Notes: generated by a model from the letters alone, not told the origin. Counted from the first letter of the stretch, positions 8,194 through 20,851 are shown. The stretch: 64,000 nt of DNA from an uncultured beta proteobacterium (GCA_903839085.1 CAIMBE010000126.1:4014-68013); one strand, 5' to 3'. Made by a program: numbers and translations.

Positions 8194-10422
8194 GTGACGG
8201 AGCTACGGACAAATCTTCAGCGGTTGAGCACCTATCCGCTGCGACGGACGTTGCTGGCCGGCGGCGTCAGCGCACTTGCGGGACTGGCGATTGCACTGAC
8301 CCTCGGCCTGCTGGCCTTTGCGCCTCTGGGTTCCTCTGCGGTGCACGTTGGCATTGCGGCGGCCTTCTCGGGCGTGATATCCGGAGGCCTGGTCTACGCA
8401 TGGCTTGGCAGCGCAGCGGCGCCGACCGGCTCCCCGAGTTCGGCCACGGCGCTGATTCTGGCCGGCCTCGTGGCGCAACTGGCGCGCGACCCCCTGCTTG
8501 ACGCCGGCACCGATCACGGCCTGCTGGCGCTCATCACCGTCACGGCAAGCTGCGTCGTGCTCATGGGGGCGTTGCAGATCCTGCTCGGCCTGCTGGGCCT
8601 GGGTCGCCTGGCTCGCTTTGTGCCCCAACCGGTGCTGGCCGGTTTCATGAACGGCGTGGCCTTGCTGATCCTGGTGTCACAGTTGCCGCCACTGCTCGGA
8701 TTGCCAGGACCGGCGACGGCGCTTGGCCAGTTGGATCTGTCACAGGCGCAGCCGATCACGTTTCTGATCGGCCTGGCGACAGCGGCTGTCGTCTGGCTGC
8801 TGGCCTGGAAGTGGCCCCGCGCTCCCGCCCACTTGCTGGCATTGGTGGCCGGCTCGGCGCTGCAGGCCGCGCTGGCAGGCGCCTGGCCTGATGCCCAGCT
8901 TGGCCCGTATCTGGGCATGCTGCCGGCGGACAAGGTTTTGCCGGACGCGCTGCTGCCGCTGCTGACCAGCGAACCGCTGCGACTGCTGCAACGCCATGGC
9001 GCCGCGGTGCTGGCCTGCGCCGCGGTGCTGGCGCTTGTCGGGTCGCTGGAGTCGCTGCTTGCCGCGCTGGCTTCAGACCAGATGGCGCACGGGCGGCACG
9101 ACAGCCGGCGCGAGCTGATCGCGCTGGGCGCGGCCAACATCGTCAGCGGGGCCTGTGGCGGACTGCCCGTTGTGCTGTCGCGAGCGCGCTCGACTTCGAT
9201 GATCAAGGCTGGCGGCGCATTCAGCCGGGGTGCGGTGCTGGTGTCGACGCTGGTGCTGGCCCTGATCTATGCCCTGTGCGGCCCGTTACTGGCACTGCTG
9301 CCGCGATCGGTCCTGGCTGGCATCATGCTGACCATCGCCGTGGCCCTCTCGGACCGCTGGACACACCAGCTTCTGCGTCAGATTCGGGCCGGTGAGCGCT
9401 CGTCCGAACTGCGCTGGAGCCTGTCGGTGGTGAGTCTGGTTTGCGTCGTGACCGTGAGCATGGGCTTTGTTGCTGGCGTGGCTGCGGGCGTGCTGCTGTC
9501 CATGCTGATCTTTATTCACAGCATGAACCGCTCACTGCTGCGCGGCCGCTTCAGTGCGCGCGAGCGACCGTCACGGCGCATCTATGGCCCGGCGCAAGAG
9601 CGTCAGCTGCAGCAGGTCCGGCATTGCGTGATCCTGCTCGAGTTGGAGGGCGCCCTCTTCTTTGGCAGTGCCGAGCGCCTGGCGCTGGAGACCAGGGCGC
9701 TTTCCGCCGACTGTCGCTGTCTGGTGCTCGACATGCGCCGCGTCAGCACCATCGACGAGTCGGGCGCTCTCTTGCTGCAGGAGATATCGCGCCTGCTCGA
9801 ACAGCGCGGCGCTTCCTTGCTGCTGGCCGGTGTGGCCGAGCACAACGCCCACGGGCAAAGACTGCGCGCGTTTGGCTGCTTCCGTGAGAGGCTGCGCCAC
9901 GATTGGTGGCCCGACGCCGACCATGCGATCGAAGCCGCCGAGCGTCAACTGCTGATCGAGGCCGGTCTTTCCACCGAACAGGTGACCGTGGCACTGTCCG
10001 AAACCTCACTCCTGCGCGGACTCAGTCCGGCACAGCTTGCCAAAGTGCGGGACATGATGCTGGAGCAGCAACTCGCGGCCGGGACCCCCCTGTTTCGGGA
10101 AGGCGATCCCGGCGACCGGGTCTATGTGCTCACGCAGGGGTCGATCTCGATCATCGGTGGCGGCAATGGTCTCAGACAAAGGTATGTCAGCTATTCGCCC
10201 GGCGTCATGCTGGGCGAATTGGCGATGCTCGACGGCGGCAGCCGGACCGCCGATGCCGTGGCAGACAGCAACAGCGTGCTGTACGCGCTGACCCGCGAAA
10301 AGTTTGATGCGCTGGCCGAAACCGACCCCGCCCTGAGCGCCCGGTTGGCACGCAACATCGCACTGCATCTCTCTGAGCGCCTGCGCAGCGCCACCTTGTC
10401 CTGGCGCGCCAGCGCGGCGTGA
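8194..10422 (+). CDS. SulP-family anion transporter with STAS domain and C-terminal cyclic-nucleotide-binding domain
   Basis: A polytopic N-terminal ~450 aa is followed by STAS (VILLELEGALFFGSAERL, VLDMRRVSTIDESGALLL). The cNMP-binding fold follows (FREGDPGDRVYVLTQGSISI, GELAMLDGGSRTADAVA). The GTG start has no clear RBS, so the exact start is uncertain. Confidence 0.88.
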   Translation: MTELRTNLQRLSTYPLRRTLLAGGVSALAGLAIALTLGLLAFAPLGSSAVHVGIAAAFSGVISGGLVYAWLGSAAAPTGSPSSATALILAGLVAQLARDPLLDAGTDHGLLALITVTASCVVLMGALQILLGLLGLGRLARFVPQPVLAGFMNGVALLILVSQLPPLLGLPGPATALGQLDLSQAQPITFLIGLATAAVVWLLAWKWPRAPAHLLALVAGSALQAALAGAWPDAQLGPYLGMLPADKVLPDALLPLLTSEPLRLLQRHGAAVLACAAVLALVGSLESLLAALASDQMAHGRHDSRRELIALGAANIVSGACGGLPVVLSRARSTSMIKAGGAFSRGAVLVSTLVLALIYALCGPLLALLPRSVLAGIMLTIAVALSDRWTHQLLRQIRAGERSSELRWSLSVVSLVCVVTVSMGFVAGVAAGVLLSMLIFIHSMNRSLLRGRFSARERPSRRIYGPAQERQLQQVRHCVILLELEGALFFGSAERLALETRALSADCRCLVLDMRRVSTIDESGALLLQEISRLLEQRGASLLLAGVAEHNAHGQRLRAFGCFRERLRHDWWPDADHAIEAAERQLLIEAGLSTEQVTVALSETSLLRGLSPAQLAKVRDMMLEQQLAAGTPLFREGDPGDRVYVLTQGSISIIGGGNGLRQRYVSYSPGVMLGELAMLDGGSRTADAVADSNSVLYALTREKFDALAETDPALSARLARNIALHLSERLRSATLSWRASAA

Positions 10423-10438
10423 CCGGCCAAGGGGCAGG

Positions 10439-11704
10439 CTACCCTGTCCGCGTATGCAGCACCCGCTGCGGGAAGGGGATCTCGACGTGATTGTCTCGAA
10501 GGGCCTGCAGGACGTCCAGATTGATGAGGGATTTCAGGTTCAGGCTGCCATTCTCCGGATCCGCGATCCAGTAGCCGATCGTGAACTCGAGCCCGTCGGC
10601 CCCGAAATTTGACAGCGACACCGAGGGCTCCGGATCGCGCAGCACCCGGGCATGATTCAAGGCGGCCTCTTTCAGCAAGCGCATGACAAGCGCCACGTCG
10701 CTGTCGTAGGCAACCGAGACCACGGTCGATTGCCAGACCCGCGCATCTGCCAGGGACAGATTTTCGACCCGGCTGGTGATCAGCATTTCATTGGGAACGA
10801 TCGACTCGCGCCCGACCAGTGATCTGATGACGGTGTAACGGGCGTTGATCTGGGTGATACGGCCCTCAAAGCCGTCGACACGCACGTTGTCGCCAATGCG
10901 CATGCTGCGCTCGGCCAGAATCACAAACCCGCTGACGTAGTTGGCTGCCAGTTTCTGCAGCCCGAATCCGACCCCGACCCCGACCGCACCGCCCAGCACC
11001 GAGAGCGCCGACAGGTTGATGCCCACCGCTGACAGGGCCACCAGCAGCCCGACAAACAAGAGCAGGGCCCGCGCCGCGTTGCTCAGCGCCTTTCGCAATG
11101 ACAACTCGCCGCCGGTGGCCGAACGCAGCAGCCTGGCCTCGATGGCAGAGGAAATCCAGAGACTCACGATCAGCACGCCGCCGGCCGTCAGGACACCCTC
11201 GATCAGGGTCCGCACCGACATCGTCGCGCCGCCAAGCGTCCAGATGATCTGGTCGAGTTCCTCCAGAATCACCGGCAGCAGGCCGCTGACCCACAAGACC
11301 ATCGCCAGCCAGGCGAGCCACGATATGCTTCTCTCGAGCAAGCGCACCAGAGGGGTTTGCGCGAACGCTGCCTGCAGCACCTTGACACCCAGGCGGATGA
11401 CCAGCAGCGAGATCAGCACCGGAATCGCAATCTTGAAAACCGCCAGCGGCAGCCAAGCCTTCAGCAGGACCCGCGCCAGGTAGGCAAGCAGCAAAAGCAC
11501 AATCGGAAACAGGACGCCATCGAAAAGGCTGCGGCCAAACAGGATTGAATTCCTGTCGCGCGCTCCCAGTGCGCGGGCAACCAGAGCGGTCAACGCCCAT
11601 GCCACGAGGGCGCACACGATCAGCGCTCCGGACTCCATCAGGGCTGCCGGCCGGGTCAGGGCCGCCACCCAGCTCTCGAGGTCCGTGATCCGCGGGTCAG
11701 ACAT
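10439..11704 (-). CDS. mechanosensitive ion channel family protein (MscS-like)
   Basis: Several N-terminal TM helices precede the MscS core GFGLQKLAANYVSGFVILAERSMRIGDNVRVDGFEGRITQINARYTVIR. Confidence 0.9.
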   Translation of the reverse strand: MSDPRITDLESWVAALTRPAALMESGALIVCALVAWALTALVARALGARDRNSILFGRSLFDGVLFPIVLLLLAYLARVLLKAWLPLAVFKIAIPVLISLLVIRLGVKVLQAAFAQTPLVRLLERSISWLAWLAMVLWVSGLLPVILEELDQIIWTLGGATMSVRTLIEGVLTAGGVLIVSLWISSAIEARLLRSATGGELSLRKALSNAARALLLFVGLLVALSAVGINLSALSVLGGAVGVGVGFGLQKLAANYVSGFVILAERSMRIGDNVRVDGFEGRITQINARYTVIRSLVGRESIVPNEMLITSRVENLSLADARVWQSTVVSVAYDSDVALVMRLLKEAALNHARVLRDPEPSVSLSNFGADGLEFTIGYWIADPENGSLNLKSLINLDVLQALRDNHVEIPFPQRVLHTRTG

Positions 11705-12644
11705 CGGCCAGAACCCGGATGTGCGCCTCCACGCTGCGCCCGAGCGCGCTCAACGCATAGCCGCCTTCCAGGCAGGACACGATGCGGCCCTTGGCATGAC
11801 GCCGCGCGACTTCCTTGAGGCGATAGGTAATCCAGGCATAGTCCTGCTCCACCAGTCCCATCTGGCCCATGTCATCCTCGCGGTGCGCATCAAAGCCGGC
11901 GCTGATAAAGATCATCTCGGGCGCAAAAGCCTCGAGCCGGGGTATCCACGCGTTATCAATCAATTCGCGGACTTCCATGCCCTTGGTGTACGCCGGCACC
12001 GGCATGTTCACGAGATTGCTGGCGCCCGAGTGGGCCCAGTCCATCGGATAGAAAGGATGCTGGAAGAAACTCACCATCAGGATGCGCTGATCACCCGCCA
12101 CGATATCCTCCGTGCCGTTGCCGTGGTGCACATCGAAATCAACAATCGCCACCCGCTTCAGGCCATGACGCTCAAGAGCATATTTGGCAGCGATGGCGAC
12201 GTTGTTGAAAAAGCAGAAACCCATGGCTTTGTCGCGACAAGCGTGGTGCCCGGGTGGCCGCACGGCACAAAAAGCGGTCTCCATTTCGCCGGCCATCACG
12301 GCGTCGGTCGCCGCCAGTGATGCACCCGCGGCGCGCAGCGCGGCATCCCAGGTCCTGACGTTCAGGGAGGTGTCGGGGTCGACCTGCACATGGCTCGGGC
12401 CCCCCGCCGCGATTTCTTCGCGCAATCCGTCGCTCAGGCCGCGGATCGCGGCGACGTGCAGTCGACCATGCGCCAGTTCGATATCCACCAGCGAGGCCAG
12501 GGGCGCCTCGCGCCGGTCCAGTGCCACATGCAGACCGGATATCAGAAGACGATCTTCGATCGCATCGAGCCGCTCCGGGCATTCCGGGTGCCCTGGTCCC
12601 ATTTCATGCGTCCAGCAGTCTGGATGAGTAAAGTATCCGGTCAT
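11697..12644 (-). CDS. histone deacetylase-family (Zn-dependent) deacetylase / amidohydrolase
   Basis: Motifs RPPGHHA, DFDVHHGNGTE and EGGY are present. The track start 12701 is trimmed by 19 codons to ATG 12644 (MTGYFTHPDC). The stop overlaps the MscS start by 8 nt. Confidence 0.9.
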   Translation of the reverse strand: MTGYFTHPDCWTHEMGPGHPECPERLDAIEDRLLISGLHVALDRREAPLASLVDIELAHGRLHVAAIRGLSDGLREEIAAGGPSHVQVDPDTSLNVRTWDAALRAAGASLAATDAVMAGEMETAFCAVRPPGHHACRDKAMGFCFFNNVAIAAKYALERHGLKRVAIVDFDVHHGNGTEDIVAGDQRILMVSFFQHPFYPMDWAHSGASNLVNMPVPAYTKGMEVRELIDNAWIPRLEAFAPEMIFISAGFDAHREDDMGQMGLVEQDYAWITYRLKEVARRHAKGRIVSCLEGGYALSALGRSVEAHIRVLADV

Positions 12645-12691
12645 AGTCACGATGCGCGTCCGTCTTTCAAAATTTTTGGTAAGGTGGTGCC

Positions 12692-13612
12692 ATGAATGCA
12701 CAACAAAAACTCAAATCTCTGGTGGATCAGCTTAACACGGTGCTGGTCGGCAAGTCGGCCCAGGTCCAGGATTGCGTGGCCTGTCTGCTGGCCGGCGGAC
12801 ACTTGCTGATCGAGGACGTGCCCGGGGTCGGCAAGACGACCCTGGCGCATGCCCTGGCCAGGACCTTTGGCCTTCGATTTTCGCGCGTGCAGTTCACCGC
12901 CGACCTGATGCCAAGCGACCTCTCGGGCGTTTCGGTCTACGAGCGGGCCAGGGAGTCCTTCGTGTTCCATCCGGGGCCCTTGTTCACGCAGGTTCTGCTG
13001 GCCGACGAGATCAACCGCGCCAGCCCCAAAACGCAAAGCGCCCTGCTCGAGGCGATGGAGGAAAGGCAGGTCAGCGTCGACGGCGAAACCCGCGCACTGC
13101 CCCTTCCCTTCTTCGTGATCGCGACCCAAAACCCGTTTGACCAGGTCGGGACCTATGCACTGCCGGAGTCGCAGCTGGACCGATTCCTGATGCGCATATC
13201 GCTGGGCTACCCCGATCGCAGTGCCGAACGCGCCCTGCTGGCCGGGCGCGACCACCGTGATATGGCCGACCGGCTACCCGCCCTGCTGACGAGCGCCGAA
13301 CTCGAGCAACTGCAGCAGATGGTGCTGGCCGTCCACACCGCCGAACCGCTGCTCGACTACGTGCAGGACCTGATCGCCGCGACCCGGTCCGGGCGCTGGT
13401 TCCTCAAGGGCTTGAGCCCGCGCGCCGGCATGGCCGTGATCCGCGCGGCCAAGGCTCAGGCGCTTCTTTGCGAGCGCGACTATGTGGCGCCCGACGATGT
13501 GCAGGCGATCCTGGCGCAGACCGTGGCCCACCGTCTGCTTCCGGTGGGTGATGCCGGTCGCGGCGCGATCGAACAGGTGCGCGCCATGCTCGATGCGGTG
13601 CCGCTGCCGTGA
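12692..13612 (+). CDS. MoxR-like AAA+ ATPase
   Basis: Walker A GVPGVGKT, Walker B/sensor LLADEINRASPKTQSALLEAMEE, and the length expected for MoxR. Confidence 0.95.
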   Translation: MNAQQKLKSLVDQLNTVLVGKSAQVQDCVACLLAGGHLLIEDVPGVGKTTLAHALARTFGLRFSRVQFTADLMPSDLSGVSVYERARESFVFHPGPLFTQVLLADEINRASPKTQSALLEAMEERQVSVDGETRALPLPFFVIATQNPFDQVGTYALPESQLDRFLMRISLGYPDRSAERALLAGRDHRDMADRLPALLTSAELEQLQQMVLAVHTAEPLLDYVQDLIAATRSGRWFLKGLSPRAGMAVIRAAKAQALLCERDYVAPDDVQAILAQTVAHRLLPVGDAGRGAIEQVRAMLDAVPLP

Positions 13613-14541
13613 CATGGTTCCAGAGATGGCTGGAGGCACGCCTGCCTCTGTCCGACCACATCGCATTGACCCAGCGCAACGTCTACATCCTGCCGACCGG
13701 GCCCGGTTTCATGCTGGCGGCCACGCTCTTGCTGCTGCTCCTCACGTCGATCAATTACCAGCTCAATCTGGGGTACCTGCTGACCTTCCTGCTCGCCGGC
13801 TGCGCGGTCGTCGGCATGCATGTGGGCCACGGCACACTGCGCGGCGTCACGATGAGCCTGATCGCGCCGGAGGCGCAATTCGTCAATGCCAGCGCCAACA
13901 TCGGAATCCTGCTTCAGAACCAGCGCCGCGCGATCCGCCATGGCATCGGCCTGGCCGTCATGGGTTCCGATCATTGGCTCTGGACCGACTTGCCGGCCGA
14001 GGGCAGCAGTGCCGTGCACATTGCCTTCAAGCCCGGGCACCGCGGCCTGCACCGGGTGCCAACGATCACGGCAGAGACGCGCTTTCCTCTTGGCATTTTC
14101 CGGGTCTGGACGGTCTGGCGACCCGCCACAAAAGTCCTCGTCTACCCGGCACCGGAGCCCTCGCCTCCCCGCTTGCCTGCCGGCCAGCCGCGCGCCGACG
14201 GCGGTGCGACCGCACAGTTGCCATCCAGCGGCGAATATGACGGCGTGCGCGCCTATCGCCGTGGCGACCCGTTGAAGCTGATCGTCTGGAAGAAAGCGGC
14301 CAAGGCCGAGGAACTTGTCAGCCGGGATGCGCAGCAGGTGCAGCATCAGGCACTGTGGCTCGACCGCTCCCGCACCGGTCTGTCCGACCCGGAACGGCAG
14401 TTGTCCCGCCTGTGCGCCTGGGTCTTGCTGGCTGAGCGGCAGGGGACGGACTACGGCCTGCGCCTGGCCGGACTCGAGATCGTTCCCGGCAGCGGCGAAC
14501 TGCACAAGCTGCGCTGCCTCGAGGCGCTGGCACTATGTTGA
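13609..14541 (+). CDS. DUF58 domain-containing protein
   Basis: The GTG start overlaps the MoxR stop (GTGA). Two N-terminal TM helices are followed by the DUF58 signature YDGVRAYRRGDPLKLIVWK. Confidence 0.85.
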   Translation: MTWFQRWLEARLPLSDHIALTQRNVYILPTGPGFMLAATLLLLLLTSINYQLNLGYLLTFLLAGCAVVGMHVGHGTLRGVTMSLIAPEAQFVNASANIGILLQNQRRAIRHGIGLAVMGSDHWLWTDLPAEGSSAVHIAFKPGHRGLHRVPTITAETRFPLGIFRVWTVWRPATKVLVYPAPEPSPPRLPAGQPRADGGATAQLPSSGEYDGVRAYRRGDPLKLIVWKKAAKAEELVSRDAQQVQHQALWLDRSRTGLSDPERQLSRLCAWVLLAERQGTDYGLRLAGLEIVPGSGELHKLRCLEALALC

Positions 14542-16526
14542 GCGGCCTCAGGCAGTTACCGCGTGACAGCCGGGACACTTTGTTTCTGCTGCTGGTGATG
14601 GCCTGGGTGATGCTGCCCCAGGTCGATCATTTGCCGCTCTGGTGCAGCCTGATGGCCGCCAGCCTGCTGCTTTGGCGCGGATGGCTGGCGTTGTCGTCGC
14701 GCCCCCTGCCCTCGCGCTGGTGGCTTCTGGCCGTCCTGGGATTGACCCTGGCCGCGACCCTGTTCAGTTACAGGACCCTGTTCGGGCGCGACGCAGGTGT
14801 CAGCCTGATCGTGATTCTGGTGGCGCTGAAAATGCTTGAGCTGCGCGCCAGGCGCGACGCCTTCGTGGTTTTCTTTCTCGGCTTCTTCACGCTGCTGACC
14901 AATTTCTTCTACTCGCAGTCCCTGCTCACCGCCGCCGCCATGCTGCTGGCCTTGCTGGGCTTGCTGACCGCGCTGGTCAATGCCCATATGCCGGTCGGCA
15001 AGCCGCCCTTGCTCCAGGCTGCAAGAACCGCCGCCTGGATGGCGCTGCTGGGTGCGCCGATCATGGCGGTGCTGTTTGTCCTGTTTCCCCGCATCGCACC
15101 CCTGTGGGGCATCCCGAACGACGCCATGAGCGGGCGCAGCGGACTGTCTGCCACGATGCGGGTCGGCGCCATTGCGAGCCTCGCGCTCGATGACAGCATT
15201 GCCATGCGCATCCGTTTCGAAGGCCCGGTTCCGCCGCAATCGGCGCTCTACTTTCGCGGACCCGTGCTCTCCGCCTTTGACGGCCGCGAGTGGCGTCCCC
15301 TTCGCCGCGGGCAGCCGCCAGACGCCCAACTTCAGGTGCGCGGTGCCCCGGTCAGATACCAGGTGACGCTGGAGCCCAACAGCCGCCCCTGGCTGCTGCT
15401 GCTCGACGCGGCCCCGACCAGGCCCCTTCTGAGCGGGATCGACGCCAGCCAGACACCCGATCTGCAGTGGCTCGCCGAGCGCCCGCTGACGGACCTGCTG
15501 CGCTACAGCGCCATCAGCTACCCCGACTTCCGTTATGGCCCTCTGAGTGCGACAAGCGACCTGCAAAACTACCTGGAACTGCCCCGGGGCTTCAACCCGC
15601 GCACTTTTGAACTTGCGGCGGGGTTGGCCCGCAATCGCAGTGACAATGCCGACGCGCTTGTGGCTGCCGCCCTGGCGCATCTGCGCGACGGCGGCTACCG
15701 CTACACGCTGGAGCCGGGTCTCTTTGGCCAGCACAGCGCCGACGAGTTCTGGTTTGACCGCAAAGAAGGCTTTTGCGAACACATTGCTTCAAGTTTCGTG
15801 ATCCTCATGCGCTCGATGGGAATACCGGCCCGCGTCATCACCGGCTACCAGGGAGGCGAGAGCAACCCGGTGGACGGTTTTTTTGTGGTTCGCCAGAGCG
15901 ACGCCCACGCCTGGGCGGAAGTTTGGCTGGCCGGTCGCGGCTGGGTCCGGGTTGACCCGACGGGAGCGGTGTCGCCCGGCCGGATCAGCGCCCTGCAACG
16001 ACTGCAGGCCGCTCGCGGCGCCATCGCCGGCGCGCTGCTGGGCAACGTCAGCCCGGCGCTGGCCAGCAGCTTGCGCGCGCTGTGGGACGCCGCCAACAAT
16101 GGCTGGAACCAGTGGGTGCTCAACTACACGCAGGGCAAGCAGCTCAATCTGCTGCGAAATATCGGTTTTGAGTCGCCGAGCTGGGAGGACCTGGCCTATC
16201 TCCTGATCGCTGCCATCGTTCTGTCGAGCCTGGCTGGTGCGGCCTGGACCTCATGGGCCCGACGCCGACAGGATCCCTGGCTGCGCCTGCTGGCGGCGGC
16301 CACAGCGCACCTCAGGGACACCGGCCTGCGCATTGCCCCCAACAGCCCGCCACGCCGGCTCGGGGAACAACTGCTGCAACAGCGCGACCCGGTCGACCCG
16401 CGCGTGCCGGCGCTGCTTGACTGGCTGGAACGCCTTGAGATGCAGCGTTACGCACCGAAGGGGCGTCAGGGCGGTCAACTCGGTACACTGCAAACCGAAC
16501 TTAAACGATTGATGCGACGCAATTGA
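14535..16526 (+). CDS. membrane transglutaminase-like cysteine protease-fold protein
   Basis: The ATG overlaps the DUF58 stop. A multi-TM N-terminus precedes the transglutaminase core triad context GFCEHIASSF ... DAHAWAEVW ... WVRVDPT, and a C-terminal TM follows. Confidence 0.85.
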   Translation: MLSGLRQLPRDSRDTLFLLLVMAWVMLPQVDHLPLWCSLMAASLLLWRGWLALSSRPLPSRWWLLAVLGLTLAATLFSYRTLFGRDAGVSLIVILVALKMLELRARRDAFVVFFLGFFTLLTNFFYSQSLLTAAAMLLALLGLLTALVNAHMPVGKPPLLQAARTAAWMALLGAPIMAVLFVLFPRIAPLWGIPNDAMSGRSGLSATMRVGAIASLALDDSIAMRIRFEGPVPPQSALYFRGPVLSAFDGREWRPLRRGQPPDAQLQVRGAPVRYQVTLEPNSRPWLLLLDAAPTRPLLSGIDASQTPDLQWLAERPLTDLLRYSAISYPDFRYGPLSATSDLQNYLELPRGFNPRTFELAAGLARNRSDNADALVAAALAHLRDGGYRYTLEPGLFGQHSADEFWFDRKEGFCEHIASSFVILMRSMGIPARVITGYQGGESNPVDGFFVVRQSDAHAWAEVWLAGRGWVRVDPTGAVSPGRISALQRLQAARGAIAGALLGNVSPALASSLRALWDAANNGWNQWVLNYTQGKQLNLLRNIGFESPSWEDLAYLLIAAIVLSSLAGAAWTSWARRRQDPWLRLLAAATAHLRDTGLRIAPNSPPRRLGEQLLQQRDPVDPRVPALLDWLERLEMQRYAPKGRQGGQLGTLQTELKRLMRRN

Positions 16527-17614
16527 CCCACCCGTCTTTCATACTCCTTGTCCTGCTCGCGGCAAGCTGCGCCCTGAGTGCTGAAGCTGCAGGCACGCCA
16601 AGGTCAAAGAGAAAACCGGCGGCTGAGAGGCAGGCGGCGCAACTCGCGCAAGCCGGCCCGGCCTACGCGAAGCGCCCCGATGCGATGCTGGCGGCCGATG
16701 ACATGGCCGAGCGACGCGACCTCGACCGCGAGTGGGTGCGCCAGGCGATCGCCCACGCGCGCTATCTGCCGCAGGTGGTCAAGCTGATTCTGCCGCCGCC
16801 CCGGGGAAGCGCGAAGAACTGGCACGCCTACCGCAGTCGCTTTATTGAACCGGTTCGGATCAAGGCCGGCGTCGAGTTCTGGCGCCGACATCACGATACC
16901 CTGGCGCAGGCCGAACGCGAGACCGGCGTGCCGGCCGGCATCATTGTCGGCATCATCGGTGTCGAAACCATTTTTGGTCGACAAATGGGGCGTTTTCGGG
17001 TCATCGACGCGCTTGCCACGCTGGCCTTTGACTTTCCGGCCAGCCACCCCCAGGCAATCGAGCGCGGCGCATTTTTCAGGTCAGAGCTCGAACAATTCCT
17101 GAGCCTGACACAGCGCACGGGCGTTGATCCATCGGCACCGCTTGGCAGCTACGCCGGCGCCATGGGCATGCCCCAGTTCATGCCGTCGAGCTGGAGCAAG
17201 TACGCGGTTGACTATGACGGTGACAGCAAGATCGACCTGTTCAACAGCGCGGCCGATGCGATCGGCTCGGTTGCCAGCTATTTCAGGGCGTTCAACTGGC
17301 AGCCAGGCCTGCCAACGCATTACCGGGCGCGCTTTGATGCCGACAAACTGGATCTGCAGGCGCTGCTGGTCAACGATATTCTGCCCACTTTCAGCGCTGC
17401 CAGCATGGTCGCCAAGGGCGTGCTGCTCGATGACGATGCCCTGCGGCACAGCGGTCCGATGGCCCTGGTTGAACTGCAGAACGGCGACGCAGCGCCCAGC
17501 TACGTGGTCGGCACCGAAAACTTCTACGCCATCACACGCTACAACTGGAGCAGCTACTACGCGATGGCCGTGATCGAACTCGGAGAAGCCGTTGCTCAGG
17601 CGATGAAGCGCTGA
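16523..17614 (+). CDS. mltB: lytic murein transglycosylase B
   Basis: Signal peptide plus MltB motifs GIIGVETIFGR and SYAGAMGMPQFMPSSW. The only start-like codon is a TTG overlapping the upstream stop (TTGA). Confidence 0.88.
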   Translation: MTHPSFILLVLLAASCALSAEAAGTPRSKRKPAAERQAAQLAQAGPAYAKRPDAMLAADDMAERRDLDREWVRQAIAHARYLPQVVKLILPPPRGSAKNWHAYRSRFIEPVRIKAGVEFWRRHHDTLAQAERETGVPAGIIVGIIGVETIFGRQMGRFRVIDALATLAFDFPASHPQAIERGAFFRSELEQFLSLTQRTGVDPSAPLGSYAGAMGMPQFMPSSWSKYAVDYDGDSKIDLFNSAADAIGSVASYFRAFNWQPGLPTHYRARFDADKLDLQALLVNDILPTFSAASMVAKGVLLDDDALRHSGPMALVELQNGDAAPSYVVGTENFYAITRYNWSSYYAMAVIELGEAVAQAMKR

Positions 17615-17627
17615 AATTTCGGCAGAT

Positions 17628-17888
17628 TCACCTTTTGCGGGTCGCGATCCATTGGTCAGCTTGCTTTCGAACCAGTTGCGGAAAGGCTTCCTCGTGCTCC
17701 AGCGCAAGCATGAAAAGGGCATTGAGCACAGTCCCCGGGAAACCGGCCCTCGAGCCGCCCCGGGTGTCCGTCTGCAACTCGTTGATCAGGACATTGAACT
17801 CGGGACAGCCCCAAAACAGCTTGAGCTTTCGGCCAAGATGGGGGTAGGCTTCATTGATCACGGCAAAGTTCTTGTTGTTCTCAATCAC
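17628..17888 (-). CDS. small conserved hypothetical protein (86 aa)
   Basis: GTG start preceded by AAGGAC. Third-position GC is high in this frame, unlike the overlapping plus-strand ORFs. No motif recognised. Confidence 0.65.
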   Translation of the reverse strand: MIENNKNFAVINEAYPHLGRKLKLFWGCPEFNVLINELQTDTRGGSRAGFPGTVLNALFMLALEHEEAFPQLVRKQADQWIATRKR

Positions 17889-17898
17889 ATCCGGTCCT

Positions 17899-18048
17899 TC
17901 AAAAACGTTTTGCGGTCACGACGACAAAAAGGAGGATCACTGCACCCAGCATGATCAGAAAGACGGGATGGGCGCGCCGGCGAGGCGCTGACTTCAGGAC
18001 CAGATCCTGTGGCGCCAGCTTTGCTCGCACTGTGGTTTCACGTTCCAT
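17899..18048 (-). CDS. possible small single-pass membrane protein (49 aa), below the ORF-track length cutoff
   Basis: Hand translation gives MERETTVRAKLAPQDLVLKSAPRRRAHPVFLIMLGAVILLFVVVTAKRF. It ends 10 nt upstream of the 17888 start. The RBS is weak and third-position GC is only moderate. Confidence 0.3.
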   Translation of the reverse strand: MERETTVRAKLAPQDLVLKSAPRRRAHPVFLIMLGAVILLFVVVTAKRF

Positions 18049-18096
18049 ACCGAACTCTTTAGACCTGCTTTGGCCACATTCTATAGAGGTTGACCG

Positions 18097-20851
<2,755 letters not shown>

